Assembly (NCBI RefSeq): GCF_009914755.1
Contig: NC_060928.1
From: the human T2T-CHM13v2.0 reference genome, Homo sapiens
DNA length: 64,000 nt
Reading direction: 5' to 3' (one strand)
A program made the translations under genes and the position numbers. Positions within the stretch are counted from its first letter, which is position 1. Every line of letters starts with the position of its first letter. Shown piece after piece: positions 45,151-58,399 of this stretch. Below the pieces are notes generated by a model that did no database searches, had not been told where the DNA came from, and worked only from the letters and a program-made list of their open reading frames with translations.

Positions 45151-45194
45151 ACAGAATTCTAGGAATACTTCTCTTATTCTAAGTATTTTATGTC

Positions 45195-45509
45195 TTTTTT
45201 ATTTTTTTATTATTTTTTTTTTGAGACAGGATCTCACTCTGTTGTCCAGGCTGGAGTGCAGTGGCGCTATCACTGCAGCCTTGACCTCCTGAGCTAAAGT
45301 AATCCTCCCACCTCAGCAACCTGAGTGGCTGGAACCACAGGCATGCACCAGCATGCCTGACTAATTTTTTAAGTTTTTGTATTTTGAAAATTTTTTGTAG
45401 AGAAAGCGCCTCATTTTGTTGCCCAAGCCAGTCTCGAACTCCAGGGCTCAAGTGATCACCTGCCTCAGACTCTCAAAATGCTGGGATTACAGGTGTGAGC
45501 AACTGGGCC
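45195..45509 (-). mobile_element. AluJ
   Basis: Antisense dimer with J diagnostics (cactgcagccttgacctcctg, aatcctcccacctcagc). Confidence 0.92.
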
Positions 45510-48229
45510 TGACCACATCTTCGTTTACACATAGTTTATGTAGTAGTTCATCTCCATAGCATGATTTTAATAATCCTGGTAGGATTTTCCACTTCTCACA
45601 TACCCCTAAATCACTTGTTAAAATTCCATTATTAGCACATTTATTTTGGATTAAGAAGTTATTCATTTGAAATACCAATGACCATTGATACTCTTGATGG
45701 AGCAATTGTAGGGCACTGATTAAAGAAGAGACACTCCCAGGAGGGGACCCTAGGGAAAATTCTGAAAGCTCAGAGGGAGGGGTACAGTTTTTCTCATGGT
45801 CTGCTTTTCTTTTTCAATGGCACGGCCTTGCTTATGTGCTCTGCTTGTCTGATGGCAATCTTCCCATTGCCCCCATCTGCCTTCAGAGTGGTTGAAGGAA
45901 ATAAGACGGGAGCTTGAATGTCCTGTCTAATCACAATTCTCGTAAGAGCATTCCCTCAATTCAACTATACAAATGGTCATCACAAAACTCTTAATATTAG
46001 ATACCGCTCTAACTCTGGGGGATGGACCGGCACATTGTAACTTAGCATCATCTTGGAGAAGTGCTCATTTTAACAGAATCAATTCAGAAATATTTATGTG
46101 CATTTGGTTAATTTTAACTGACAACTCTATTAATTTCTTTAAAAGTGTGAAAGTCTTTAGTCAGCACAGGCATATTGCAGTGTAGTTTATCTTATACCTA
46201 AGCACTCCCATTGGATTTCATCTGCTCCTTTTCACTTAGGAATGTCACCCTGATGACTCCCGAAGTAAATAGAGTCTCTGATCCTAGTGGAGTATAACAT
46301 AAGCAGGTAATGCCATTTGGTGCTTATAGCTCACTACAGTGGTGTGATGATGTGGTAGGGTGGAAAATGACAGGGGCTGCATCTCAAAGACCTTCTTCAC
46401 CTCCTTCTGAACCATGCGTCTATTCTCAGAAACTCCCAGGCCACCAAGTTTCTACTTACAAGGCGCTGGTATGTGCAAGGATAAAAAAATCATCCTTCAA
46501 AACTAACTATGAGCTTGGAATGTTCCTGGAGAAGAGAACTTAAATTTGTGGAACATATCTTATTTTAAATTACATTTTGATATGGTTGTCATTTCAGTGA
46601 TGTTTTGATTCAATCGTTTATATTTAGGTTCTCACCCTTATGTCAGGACACTTTTGGCATCAGGCAATATGATGGACAGTGCATTAAATAAGGCAGAGAT
46701 TATAAATTCCATATCTTGGATTCTTGCCTTGAAAAACATAGTTTAAAAATAGAAAACTCTTATGGAATGAGATTATTACCTTAATCCTAAATCCTGCTGA
46801 ATTTCTGTTTTATTTACAACTGTGTAACCTCAATTCTTTTGACATTCAGCTTAACAATGTTGCTTTCAGTTATGGCTCTATAGTACAACTTCCAGCCTGG
46901 AACACAGCTTATGGCTAATGTGATTTAGAGTCTGTGGAAATGTGTTTTACGGCAGACGTGATGATAACACAGACATGGTTACAGTGGCGTGCAAAGTGCA
47001 TTCACCATCCTATTATATTTGTCATCATTTGTGGTCTCTGATAGGATGTCTGTTTCAGATTGCATGAAGGGAGTGGACATACCTGCATGATGCTTTGTTA
47101 CACATTTCCTGGGGAAAGAATTGCTGTATTGGCATCTGCCGTGGGAGCTGTGATAAGAAATTTTCCTTTCAGAACCTTCTCTAACAACCATGCTTGCTTT
47201 CAAAAGACCAGAAATGCTCGTTTGGAAGGGCAACCATTATTTCTTGCTTTACAGAAAGATTTTTCTGAAGGTTATAAAAAGGAAAAGCAAATAGAGAAAA
47301 TGGGTAGTTTTGGACATCTTGTGCTTGGAGGTCAGCCAAACCCATCAAATATCAGCCTATGGACATGCTTTGTACTCAACTCTCAGCAGGGAACATAAAA
47401 CCAGGGCAACAAACAGGTAGGCCTTCCCTTGCAATCTGTGCAATCAGCTTGGTACTACCATTTATACATTTATTTCCTGGACTCTGAGTCTGATTTATTC
47501 ATTTAAATTCTCATTGTTTACCTGCTCCTTTTGTTAATTATTCAAATTGGGGGCACATGTGTTTGTATTATTTGTGTATGTTTTTAAGGGATTAAAGTGA
47601 TTCTGTTGACAGTCCATTCCAGTTTGTTCAGAACTATAACATACACTGTGTTATTCTTGTTCACCAGGCTTTTAGGCCTGGTTTATTTGATTGGGTCTCT
47701 TCTTTGCTCTTTATAGCTTAAAATGACAGTCCTCAATCATGGACAGCCTCTCAAAAATTCTGAGCTTTAGTGAAAATAAAATGACAGATGTGAAGATTAG
47801 AAAAATAATCCAGAAACTAGGCTGAGGTAATGCAGCATCACTATCTTCACTTTGACACCTGAAATATGGCACTTTTGAGTCTGTGTCTTTTTAGCCTCAT
47901 AACCTCAAAGAAGTTTGGCTAATGTAAATAAAAGACCCCAACCTGTATTGTGTGGCATCTATTGATTTTCTCAAGGATGTCCATTTATTTAAAATGTTAT
48001 GATTATAATTAACAGCAGAAAGCCTGAGAGACATTTGTAATATATAGAAAGAAAAGTTATTATGCATAGTACTTTATGATCTTCTATAAATCAATGACAA
48101 AAATTAAAAAATGCTTAATTTAAAAAGCAACAACACAGTAGAAAGATCACCAGAGAGAAATAAAAACTAAAACCATGATGAGATAACATTTTTCACACAT
48201 TATATTAGTGAGAGTAAGATAGTAACTTC

Positions 48230-48550
48230 CAGTATTCACCCATAACCATTGCTGCCCTCCTTCACGGCACATAAGAAAATTATGTTTCCCTACTCCTTTG
48301 CAATTAGATGGGGCAGGTGATGAGTGCCAAGATCACTGCTGTGCCTGGACATTTAAACATCATCTCTCTTCCAGACTTCTGCAGCAAATTTCAGAAATAT
48401 TGCTTCCAGATGGCTTAGTGACAAGTTTAGGAGGAGAGAAAACTTTGATGATAAATACATAAAATTTAGATTTTGTTAAACCATTGGGATTTGGGGATTA
48501 CATATTTATGTAAAGTTCTATGCCAAGGTACCACTATCTTGACTGATGCA
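48230..48550 (+). mobile_element. Old MLT1 (I/J/K-like) LTR inside an L1ME fragment
   Basis: tttccctactcctttgcaattagatggggc...gttaaaccattgggatttgggg...tcttgactgatgca. Confidence 0.5.
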
Positions 48551-48630
48551 AAAAGTAAAATCGATTGGTAATATCTGGTGTGGGTGGCTATGTGAAGAAA
48601 TGGGCACCAATTGTGGGAGTGTACATTGCT

Positions 48631-50031
48631 TGATATGATTTAGCTGTCTCCCCACCCAAATATCATCTTGAATTGTAGTTCCCATAATTCACACACGTCA
48701 TTGGAGGGACGTGATGGGAGGTAAGGGAATCATGGGGGTGGTTACCCCCATGCTTCTGTTCTCATGATAGTGAGTTCTCAAGAGACCTGATGGTTTTATA
48801 GGGGCTTTTTCTGCTTTTGTTTGGCACTTCTACTTCCTGCCATCATGTGAAGAAGAATGTGTTTGCTTTCCCTTCTGCTATGATTGTAAGTTTCCTGAGG
48901 CCTCCCCAGCCATGCAGAACTATTGGTCAATTAAACCTCTTTATTTTATAAATTACCCAGTTTCAGGCAGTCCTTTATAGCAGCATGAGAATGGACTGAT
49001 ACAGTAGACTGGTACCAAGTAGTAGGGCACTGCTGTAAAGATACCCAAAAATGTGGAAGTGACTTTGGAACTGGTAACAGGCAGAGATTGGAACAGTTTG
49101 GAGGGCTTAGAAGAAGACAGGATGATGTGGGAGTTTGGAACTTCCTAGAGACTTGCTGAATGGCTTTGACCAAAATGCTGATAGTGATATGGACAATGAA
49201 GTCCAGGCTGTCATGGTCTCAGATAGAGATGAGGAACTAATTGGGAACTGGAATAAACGTAACTCTTGCTATGTTTTACCAAAGAGACTGGTAGCATTTT
49301 GCCCTTGCCCTAGAGATCTGTGGAACGTTGAGCTGGAGAGAGATGATTTAGGGTATCTGGAGGAAGAAATTTCTAAGCAGCAAGTATTCAAGAGGTGATT
49401 AGGTTTTGTTAAAAAGATACGGTTTTATGTATTCACAAAATATGGTTTGGAATTGGAACTTACATTTAAAAGGGAAGCAGAGAATAAAAGTTTGGAAAAT
49501 TTGCAGCCTGACAAGGTGATAGAAAAGAAAATCCCATTTTCTGGGGAGAAATTTAAGCCTGCTACAGAAATTTGCATAAGTAATAAGGAGCCGAATGTTA
49601 ATCACCAAGACAATGAGGGAAATGTCTCCAGGGCATGTCAGAGACCTTCACAGCAGCCCCTCCCATCACAGGCCCAGAGGCCTAAGAGGGAAAAAATGGT
49701 TTAGTGGACTGGCCACAGGGCCCCTCTGTTGGGTGCAGCCTAGGGAGTTGGTGTCCTGTGTCCCAGCCACTCTAGTCATGGCTAAAATGGGCCCAAGTAC
49801 AGCTTGGGCCATGACTTCAGAGGGTGCAAGCCCCAAGTATTGGGAGTTTCTATGTGGTGTTGAGCCTGCAGGTGCATGGAAGTCAAGAATTGAGGTTTGG
49901 GAACCTCTGTCTAGATTTCAGAGGATGGCCTCCCCAGCCATGTGGAACTGTGAGTCAATTAAACCTCTTTCCTTTATAAATTACCCAGTCTCGGGCAGCC
50001 TTTTATAGCAGCATGAGAATGAACTAATATA
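48631..50031 (+). mobile_element. THE1C MaLR provirus: 5' LTR 48631-49003, internal 49004-~49926, partial 3' LTR ~49927-50031
   Basis: tgatatg...ggactgataca LTR followed by THE1-int. The second LTR begins abruptly at ggcctccccagccatgtggaactgtgag. TSD ttgct (48626-48630) / ttggt (50032-50036). Confidence 0.9.
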
Positions 50032-51073
50032 TTGGTACATTCTTTTGGGAACAATTTAACAACTTGTATAACAATACAAAATAACCAACAATTAGTCTGC
50101 CAAATAACCAACAATTTTACTTCTGTTATTTTATCTCACTATGATACTCTTCCAAAGGTGAAAGACAATATTTCTTGCAGAAATATTATAAATAAATGAT
50201 TGAAAATAAGTTAACCATCTATGAATAGACAAAGTGAATTTTTCCAAAAAAATGAAAGGTATGCAATAATAAAGAATGCTTATATTTACTACCAGGGTGA
50301 AACAACCTTGAAATTTTTGCATGAACAAACAAGGCTTAAAATGATAAAAAGCTTTTTGGAGTCTTCTGTGATATAGCTAGCTATATGTAGAAGATAATAC
50401 AATTTTAAAAACTGAACAGAAAAATCTGTGATAAATGAATAGATGTGAGAAATAGAAAAAAAACTTGAGTAATACTCACTAAAGCTGTTGAACAGTTGTA
50501 GTTTACTATAAATAGGAGCAGGAGAGAAAGAAGAACAGTGGGGTTTATATCATACATTTCTGAGTCATTCAGAATTGTTAAGATAATCATGTAGTATTTT
50601 ATAAGTTCAAAATCTACACATGGTAAAACATTTATATATTTTTATGATTTTTGAGGTGATTCATACATTAGCTTTTAATAGTCATAGTAGGAATCTGACT
50701 ATACCTTTTGGTTTTATTGCCCACAGATGCAAAGTGTTGCTATTTGTGAATATTTTAATTTACTGGATATAAGCAAATCTAAACCTTTGATTTGTAAAAC
50801 CAAAATGAATGAAAGCAGCTATTATATGGGACAAATTTATAGCTTGAAAGGTTATGGGCATATGTGTTTATCTCTTGCCCTCTTCCAAATTTCAGTCAAA
50901 TGACACAAAGAACAAAAATACATTATAAAGCAATTTGGTTTTTGTGTTAAAACTAGGATTGGCTGTCCACCATGAGATGGACATAGCACGGACACTATTA
51001 GGGGATGAATACCCCAACAAGGGAGTTAGGGGAAAGAATCTTCAGAGCAACACCATTAATGCTCCCTGGGGCT

Positions 51074-51229
51074 GAAGAAGACGAAGAAGAAGAAGAAGAA
51101 GAAGAAGAAGAAGAAGAAGAAGAAGAAGAAGAAGAAGAAGAAGAAGAAGGCAAAGAAGATGCAGAAGAAGAAGGCAAAGAAGATGACGAAGAAGAAAAAG
51201 AAGAAGAAGAAGAAAGAGGAAGAGGAGAG
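51074..51229. repeat. GAA triplet repeat region with a pure (GAA)22 core at 51083-51148
   Basis: Seen directly; agrees with the 22 consecutive E residues in ORF 51005..51244. Confidence 0.97.
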
Positions 51230-51328
51230 TGGGATAGTTTATAAAGTGCAAGACTTGATCTGATCTGTGTCTTCAAAATATAAAAATTCTGTGGTAGGCC
51301 TCACTTTCACTAGATGTAAGGAAGAGGG

Positions 51329-51668
51329 TGTCTTAGTTCATTTTGTGCTGTTGTAACAGAATACCACAAGATATTCTGATGAAGTTAGAAATTTATCTCA
51401 CAGTTCTGCAGGTTGGGAAGTCCAAGATCAAGGCATCAGCAGGTTCAGTTGTCTGGTAAGACAGGTATGCCGTGTGCTTACACAGCAGAAGGCAAAAAGT
51501 CAAGAGACCCTAATGTGAAGCCTTTGATATAAGAGCCTCAATCCCACTCAGGAGGGAGGAGCCCTCATGAACTAATCATGTCTTAAAGCTCCCACCTCTC
51601 AATGCTACCACATTGGCCATTAAGTTTCAACACCTGAAGTTTGAAGGGGACACATTCAGACCATAGCA
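51329..51668 (-). mobile_element. MST-type (MSTC/D-like) MaLR solo LTR
   Basis: tgtcttagttcattttgtgctgttgtaacagaataccac...gggaagtccaagatcaagg...acattcagaccatagca. Confidence 0.85.
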
Positions 51669-51850
51669 TGAGATGTGCCAAATGAAGCTTGAACACTACT
51701 TGAACTGGCCCCAAGCAAGGAGAGTTCTGATTGTTAGAGAAAAGTTGTCACTGCCAGCATGTAGGATTCTAGCCTAGGAGACACATGATAACATGCCTTG
51801 TGAAACACCTGACTCCTGGAAAGCAGATCTTGTTTTTAACAAATATCATT

Positions 51851-52204
<354 letters not shown>

Positions 52205-54679
52205 CTAAATGATTGGTATATGCATGAATTGTTAAAGAAACTAAAATTATTTGGTATGTAAAAGAAACGAGTAAGAGGTAATCATATAATGATCTTTGGG
52301 AACATCTTTTCTTAATTTTTTCTATTTTATACAAGATGGTGTTTACTGGTGGAAGGATTAGTCAGTTATCTAATGACTAATCTACTTCTAAAAGGTCTTT
52401 TTAAATACTTTCGAGATTTTTAAAAATTGATTATTGGAGTCTGTAGAAATAGCTTCCTTTAAGCTCTCTCAAGTTACTGCTAGGTTATTAGAAATTGATT
52501 ATTCTATTATTTATTTAATAAGAACAAAAGAAATATACAGCGAATATTCCTATCTTATTGGAGTGTTGGCCAAATTGTATTTCAATAATGGGTTTTCTAA
52601 GAAAAAGTCCTCCAGACAATTGCTTAACCACTAGTTAATTTGTTTCCTTTCTGTAGATCAAATCAGAGCATTTATTTTACTTACATGCATTGTGAATCTG
52701 TAGGGAACGTACGGGACATGCAATTTTCCCATATTGTTTAATCATGGAGAACTTCTTAGAATCTCTTACCATCTCATAGTATTTTAGTGTTTCACAAAAT
52801 AGTTTTAAAAATTGCATTAAAATACTTTGCTAAAAGTACCAGATGGTATAAAAAATGGAACCTTTAAAAATACTGAGTTTGTTTTTATACAATATGCTAT
52901 TTAACTTAAAGAAATGTCCCTCTTGTATAAAATGTATTAGTGTTAAAGAAATTACATTAAAAAAATTTTTAGCGAACTTGTTTAGGAAAAATAATTGATT
53001 GAAGATTAACTGATTGGAGTATAGGTTCTCCCTGATAAATACAGTTATTAATTTTTACATTGGTTCTTCCATTTTAAATACTCAAGATTGGGAAAAGCAA
53101 GCATAATATACATTAAAGAAGATATGCTGGAGGGGAACCTCATTTCTTCCAATGTCAAGAGATATATCCGGTGGTATAAGATACAAGACATAGATACACA
53201 GACACATCTAAAATGACCTACCCTCTGTTCACTAGATGGATTAAACTATTTTATAGAAACGATTTAATAGAATTTTATAGATGGATGTAAAGCTTAAAGG
53301 TTCCTGGAACAATGGTGCTAATCTAATTAGCTGAACCTGCATGGGGATGTTTGTAGGGGAGAAGAGAGGATGGAGCAAAGGATATTCATGGCATAAAATA
53401 AAGAATGCTGCAGTTGCCAGGCAGATGTCATATCAGTTCAAATAGGTCAGTGTAGACAATGCATCTGTCTTTACAGTTGGATGCAGTAGTTGCTTCTAAT
53501 TTTTAAGTTCTAAATGAAAATGGAAAACACCGTGGCCTTGTACCAGCTCTTACAAGAGAATTTGAGCAGGTACAATTCTGATCTCAACGGTTGGAAAGCC
53601 TTTTAGGTAATTTAAAAAGAAATTAGTATGTCAGTGAATTTTTCCTGGAAAATAGAAAACAAAGTTAGCAATGACAAGCTGACCTTGATGCTTTACTCAA
53701 GAGCAATCTGCCTAAAGCTATTTGCAACATGAATATGTGCTCCTCCTCTGTTGGTTTGGCTCATGAGTCTCTGGGGGAATGAGTTATTAAAGTTGGATTT
53801 AATACACAGCCACACTGTGTCAGTGTGTGGGCTGCAAACAAAGCTGCTGACATAACCTTACTCCACCCTACCAGGGTTTTTCAGTGTGAGGCCAGCTCCC
53901 ATGAGAAGAAATCTGCCAAGTTCAAAGAAGATGAGGGGAAAAGGAAGAATGTCTTTTGTGTTCATAACTGTTCAAATCAAATATAATTTTTAAATGTTAC
54001 ATGCCAATTTACTAGCAAACACTTTCTTAAATGGAAATGGCACGGCCTTAGGAACATGGGTTTTTATCCGTGTATTTGAAATGAATCTTTAGTAATGGAT
54101 CTCAGAAAGAAACACAGAGTATTTTAAATGAATTTTTCAACAGGGAGGTACCTTTCAACTAAGATGGAAATATCTTAAAATAAGCACTCTCCATCTCTTT
54201 TGCTTTTCTTCTAGGCCTTTCTCACATACAGACACTGCATATTTCCCACAGACTTTAACTTAAATTCTTGGAAGGTTAAGTTTATGAAATGACATAATTT
54301 TCTATGGTTGTATAAAGAGTAATGGCATTTTGTATTTCCTCCACACATTTCGAAACCTGATTATATGTATGACAACAGTTCAATGAAATCTTTTGGAACA
54401 TTTATATATAAATTGGTTCATGAGTGATGTGTAAATTAAACACTAACGATGGGGAAACGTTCCCTCATTTTCATACATATGACATTTTGGCATATATGGC
54501 ATTTTAGCAAAAATGCTCATCTCTAGCTTCAGCCTTTTGAAAATAAATGTCTTGCTAAGCAGTGAACCAAATGTGAGCATGTATTATTTATAAGATTTTT
54601 GAAATACTTTCTGATTCTTCCACCTTTCTTCATAATATGCCTGTTTACATTAAAATCCAAAAAAAGGAGACTGGGAAGG

Positions 54680-56200
54680 CTTGAGAAAAGGGGAAAATGG
54701 CAGAGTGGAGTGTTTGGGAAGTGAAGTGCTTTAACAAAGAGGGATTGGTTTACTCTGCCCAGGGCTACAAAGAGGTAGAATCAAAATATGGGGACTAAAA
54801 GTTGACCATTGGAACTGGTAAAATAGAAATCAGTGGAACTTATAAAAGCATATTCAGTGAATCAGACTGGAGGGGCCAGAGGCCTTAATGTAGTGGCTAA
54901 GAGGAGAGAGAAGGGTCCTGTGCATAAGCAAAGGAGTTGGCTCTAGATTAGAGTAGGGTGGATGTATAATCTATTTTTTTTAACATGTGGGAAGTGAGAA
55001 TACGTGCATATAAATGCATTTGTGCTGACTGGTTCATAGATGTGGTGGTGAGAAGATGAGAAAATCTCTTTGGAGTGATTTTATTTTCCCAGTGAAATAA
55101 GAAGCAAAATCATGGAATTGAAAAGAGGAAGAAGAGTGGATGTTGAAAATTTAAATGGAGAGGGTAACAATGAAATGATCATCCTGAAGAATGAAAGGGT
55201 GAATTGACTAGGAAAATGTAGTAGGGATCCTGGCTAGTGCTAAAGTTAGAGATTCAGGTGGTGAGGAATCAGAAAGGTTGGGCTAATTGATTAGAGATGC
55301 TCATAGTATCAGGGAAATGCTCTAACTACTAGAGTAAGTTAGCTAGGAAGATTGGGGAGGTCGTGACCAGAGAGTGGGAGCCATGCAGTAATTAAAAATG
55401 ACAAAACTACAGAATGGCTGTTGAGTGAGTTCGATAGTTACCTTTTGAACAGATATAAAAGCCACCCAGAATGATGACATGACTATTTGTGGAAATCCTA
55501 TAATCTAGTACTGCAGTAAATGAGGGAGGATAACAAGGAGGTCAGTAGTTGACCTCTTTAACACAGAGGAAATGTCAGTGATATTATCTGGTAATTTGAA
55601 CTTCAAGGGGTTATGCTTTTTCAAGGAAAAGAAATGTTCTGGAATATGCAGTAAAGTTTAATGAGGTTACCTACTGCCTTTGGGAGATATTAAATCACAG
55701 AGATTTTTTTCAAGGATGAGCTTGGAATCAAATTAACTTATGTCACTCAGTAAACGTGGTGATCTTGGGTAAGTTACTTAAATTCTCAGGATATCACTTT
55801 CCTCATTGGTAAATTGAGAAGGACATTTTCTATCTCATAGGGTAATTTTAGGGATTAAGTGAGTTAAGCCTAATACAAAGTGATTGTTCAATAAGTTGGC
55901 TATTACCCGCTTTCAGTCTCTAGTTAAAAGGATTATCAGAGGAAAATGATGTGTCCAATCTTGACAGTACTGCAGGGTAAGTTATGCCTTCAGAGAGTAG
56001 TTTGATTGCTGATAGAGCAGTACAATAAAGTGAATATTCAGAGTACCTTGAGGATGTTGAACATTTTGCTGACAGCCAACTCAGAGTCAACAGGGTTCAG
56101 TGGAAATGTCAGATATGTGAAGAAATTGGGTCACCATTACATAGACAGAAGAATCCTAGTGGTTATGGAAGAAATGGAAGTCTTCCATCAGTGTCTGTGG
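54680..56200 (-). mobile_element. Degraded L2 internal fragments (interrupted by a MIR)
   Basis: G/A-rich; ttgaccattggaactgg...attcagtgaatc...tagtggctaagaggagagag is typical of antisense L2. Confidence 0.45.
55715..55905 (+). mobile_element. MIR
   Basis: gtgatcttgggtaagttacttaaattctc...cactttcctcattggtaaattgag...ctcatagggt...ggattaagtgagttaa. Confidence 0.75.
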
Positions 56201-56907
56201 CAAACAGCTTTATAACTTGTGGTGAGGTTATTCTAATATTATTTTCAGAAGTATTTTCTAATTATCATCTCCTTCTCAATTTGACCTCTCAAGCAGTTGG
56301 TAGATGTGGGATAATCATGATCTAGCATCTCGAACATTTAAAGTATTAGCTGGCCTGACACTTCTAATTGAATGAGATAATAGGAAAAACAGGAATATCT
56401 TAGCTCTACCAAAATACTGTGCATTTATTTTGATACATCTGGAAAAATTTAAATAAGAAAAGCAAAACATTATTAACTTAGAACTATAAACAAACCTGGG
56501 TCTAATTTACCCAAACAAATCCAACTATGTAAACCATAAAACAAAAAGATAATTGAATAACCCTGAATTATGTAGAGATCTGGAGAATTTCACTTAAACA
56601 TGTTTCCAAATTTGGATTTTACTTAACACTTGGAAGTCTTCAGCTTTTTGTCAATTTGTCTTATAATTTGTACACTGCTTATCTCTCCTGGAAATCAGAT
56701 GCATTCATGCTTCTCCCAGTAAGAGAAGTTATAATAAAAAGTAAAACACATAGAATTTTGCAAGGAATCAATGAAGCAGTTGGGATGCATAGTAAATCTT
56801 AGGGGAATGCACAAAGGTACTACTTACTGAAAAAAGAGGAAATGATCACAGACAAGTAGAAGAGGTAAAAGATTTGCAAATGGATGCTTGTAATAAATGC
56901 AGGTGCC

Positions 56908-57277
<370 letters not shown>

Positions 57278-58399
57278 TTAGTACAAGCGTAAGAAAATTT
57301 AGTAGTTGTCTAAATTGTAAACTTTTTTCTAGATCTTATGCTCTTAAGGATCCACACACTATGCATTTAGTAGGAAGTGAGTGAAAACAAGAAGAGCCAA
57401 AAAAAGTACATGATGTGAAAATCAAAAAGTAATAAAGAAAACATATGAGAGCCATCACAGATGTCTGCACAAATTAGAAACCCCACTGAGTTTTTAGAGC
57501 TTTTCTAGGTCAGCATAAATGAAATATCACATTAGGGATAGTTTTCCCCTTGAGGAAATTTCGTCCTAAATTTATCAGCTGGCCTAATAAGCTATACTTC
57601 ACCATAAGCAACTATTAAATATTTATGGATGTATCTTTTTCAGGGAATAGTACTGTTTGTGCAAAAACAGCATTAACGATTATCAGGTTGCCATCCATAT
57701 CTTACTAATAAAATCAAAATTTTAAAATCTTATTCTTAAATTGTTCTTCTTCTCTTCCTTTATCTTTTCATTTTAATGCCAACCTGCATTGTCCTTCTTT
57801 ATTTCTTTATCTTTCTTTGCTTTTTATATTTTATGCTTTACAATGACAGTTTTACTATGACAGATAAATATGAAAATGAAAAATGTCAGTCATGTTTAAG
57901 CCACATAATGCTTTCTTTTAAAGACTAAGCTTGCTGAAACTTGGAAGATGATCCAATAAAAGAGTAAAAAAAAATGTCTGAAAGGGGCTTGACTTTTTCT
58001 GATATCAACAATTGCATTCAAAATCATAGGAAGGGAGTACAGGGAAGCAAGGAGAATTTACATATTTAATGATGACCACTCCAATGTTAATACAGGTCAC
58101 ATAATGTAGTAAATTCACAACCAGAAATTTAAAAAGTAAAAATGTTTAGCGGAGATAAAATCTGAGCTCTCCCACAGTTATGCAGAATTCAATATCTTAG
58201 TAAACTGCCTAAGTGCAAAGTCTGTCAAACATTCTTTAACCTCTGCATAAACACTCAGATGAAGTAAAATTAAACAGACCAAAAAGGATTTGGTGCATAA
58301 AAACGAATTAACACTGTTAAAAGCAAATCTGAGAGAAATGGCTAAGAGTGCAGTGACACTGGCAGCATAATTTTTGATCTTTCTGAATCCTTATGTTAA

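Noticed and set aside
49135-50008. ORFs in the THE1 internal region
   Set aside because: Frameshifted remnants of the MaLR internal ORF found in many THE1 copies.
50078-50116. Short direct repeats (aaataaccaacaatt x2; similarly acatgcagtaactc x2 near 59791-59821)
   Set aside because: Ordinary micro-duplications inside decayed L1 sequence, with no sign of function.
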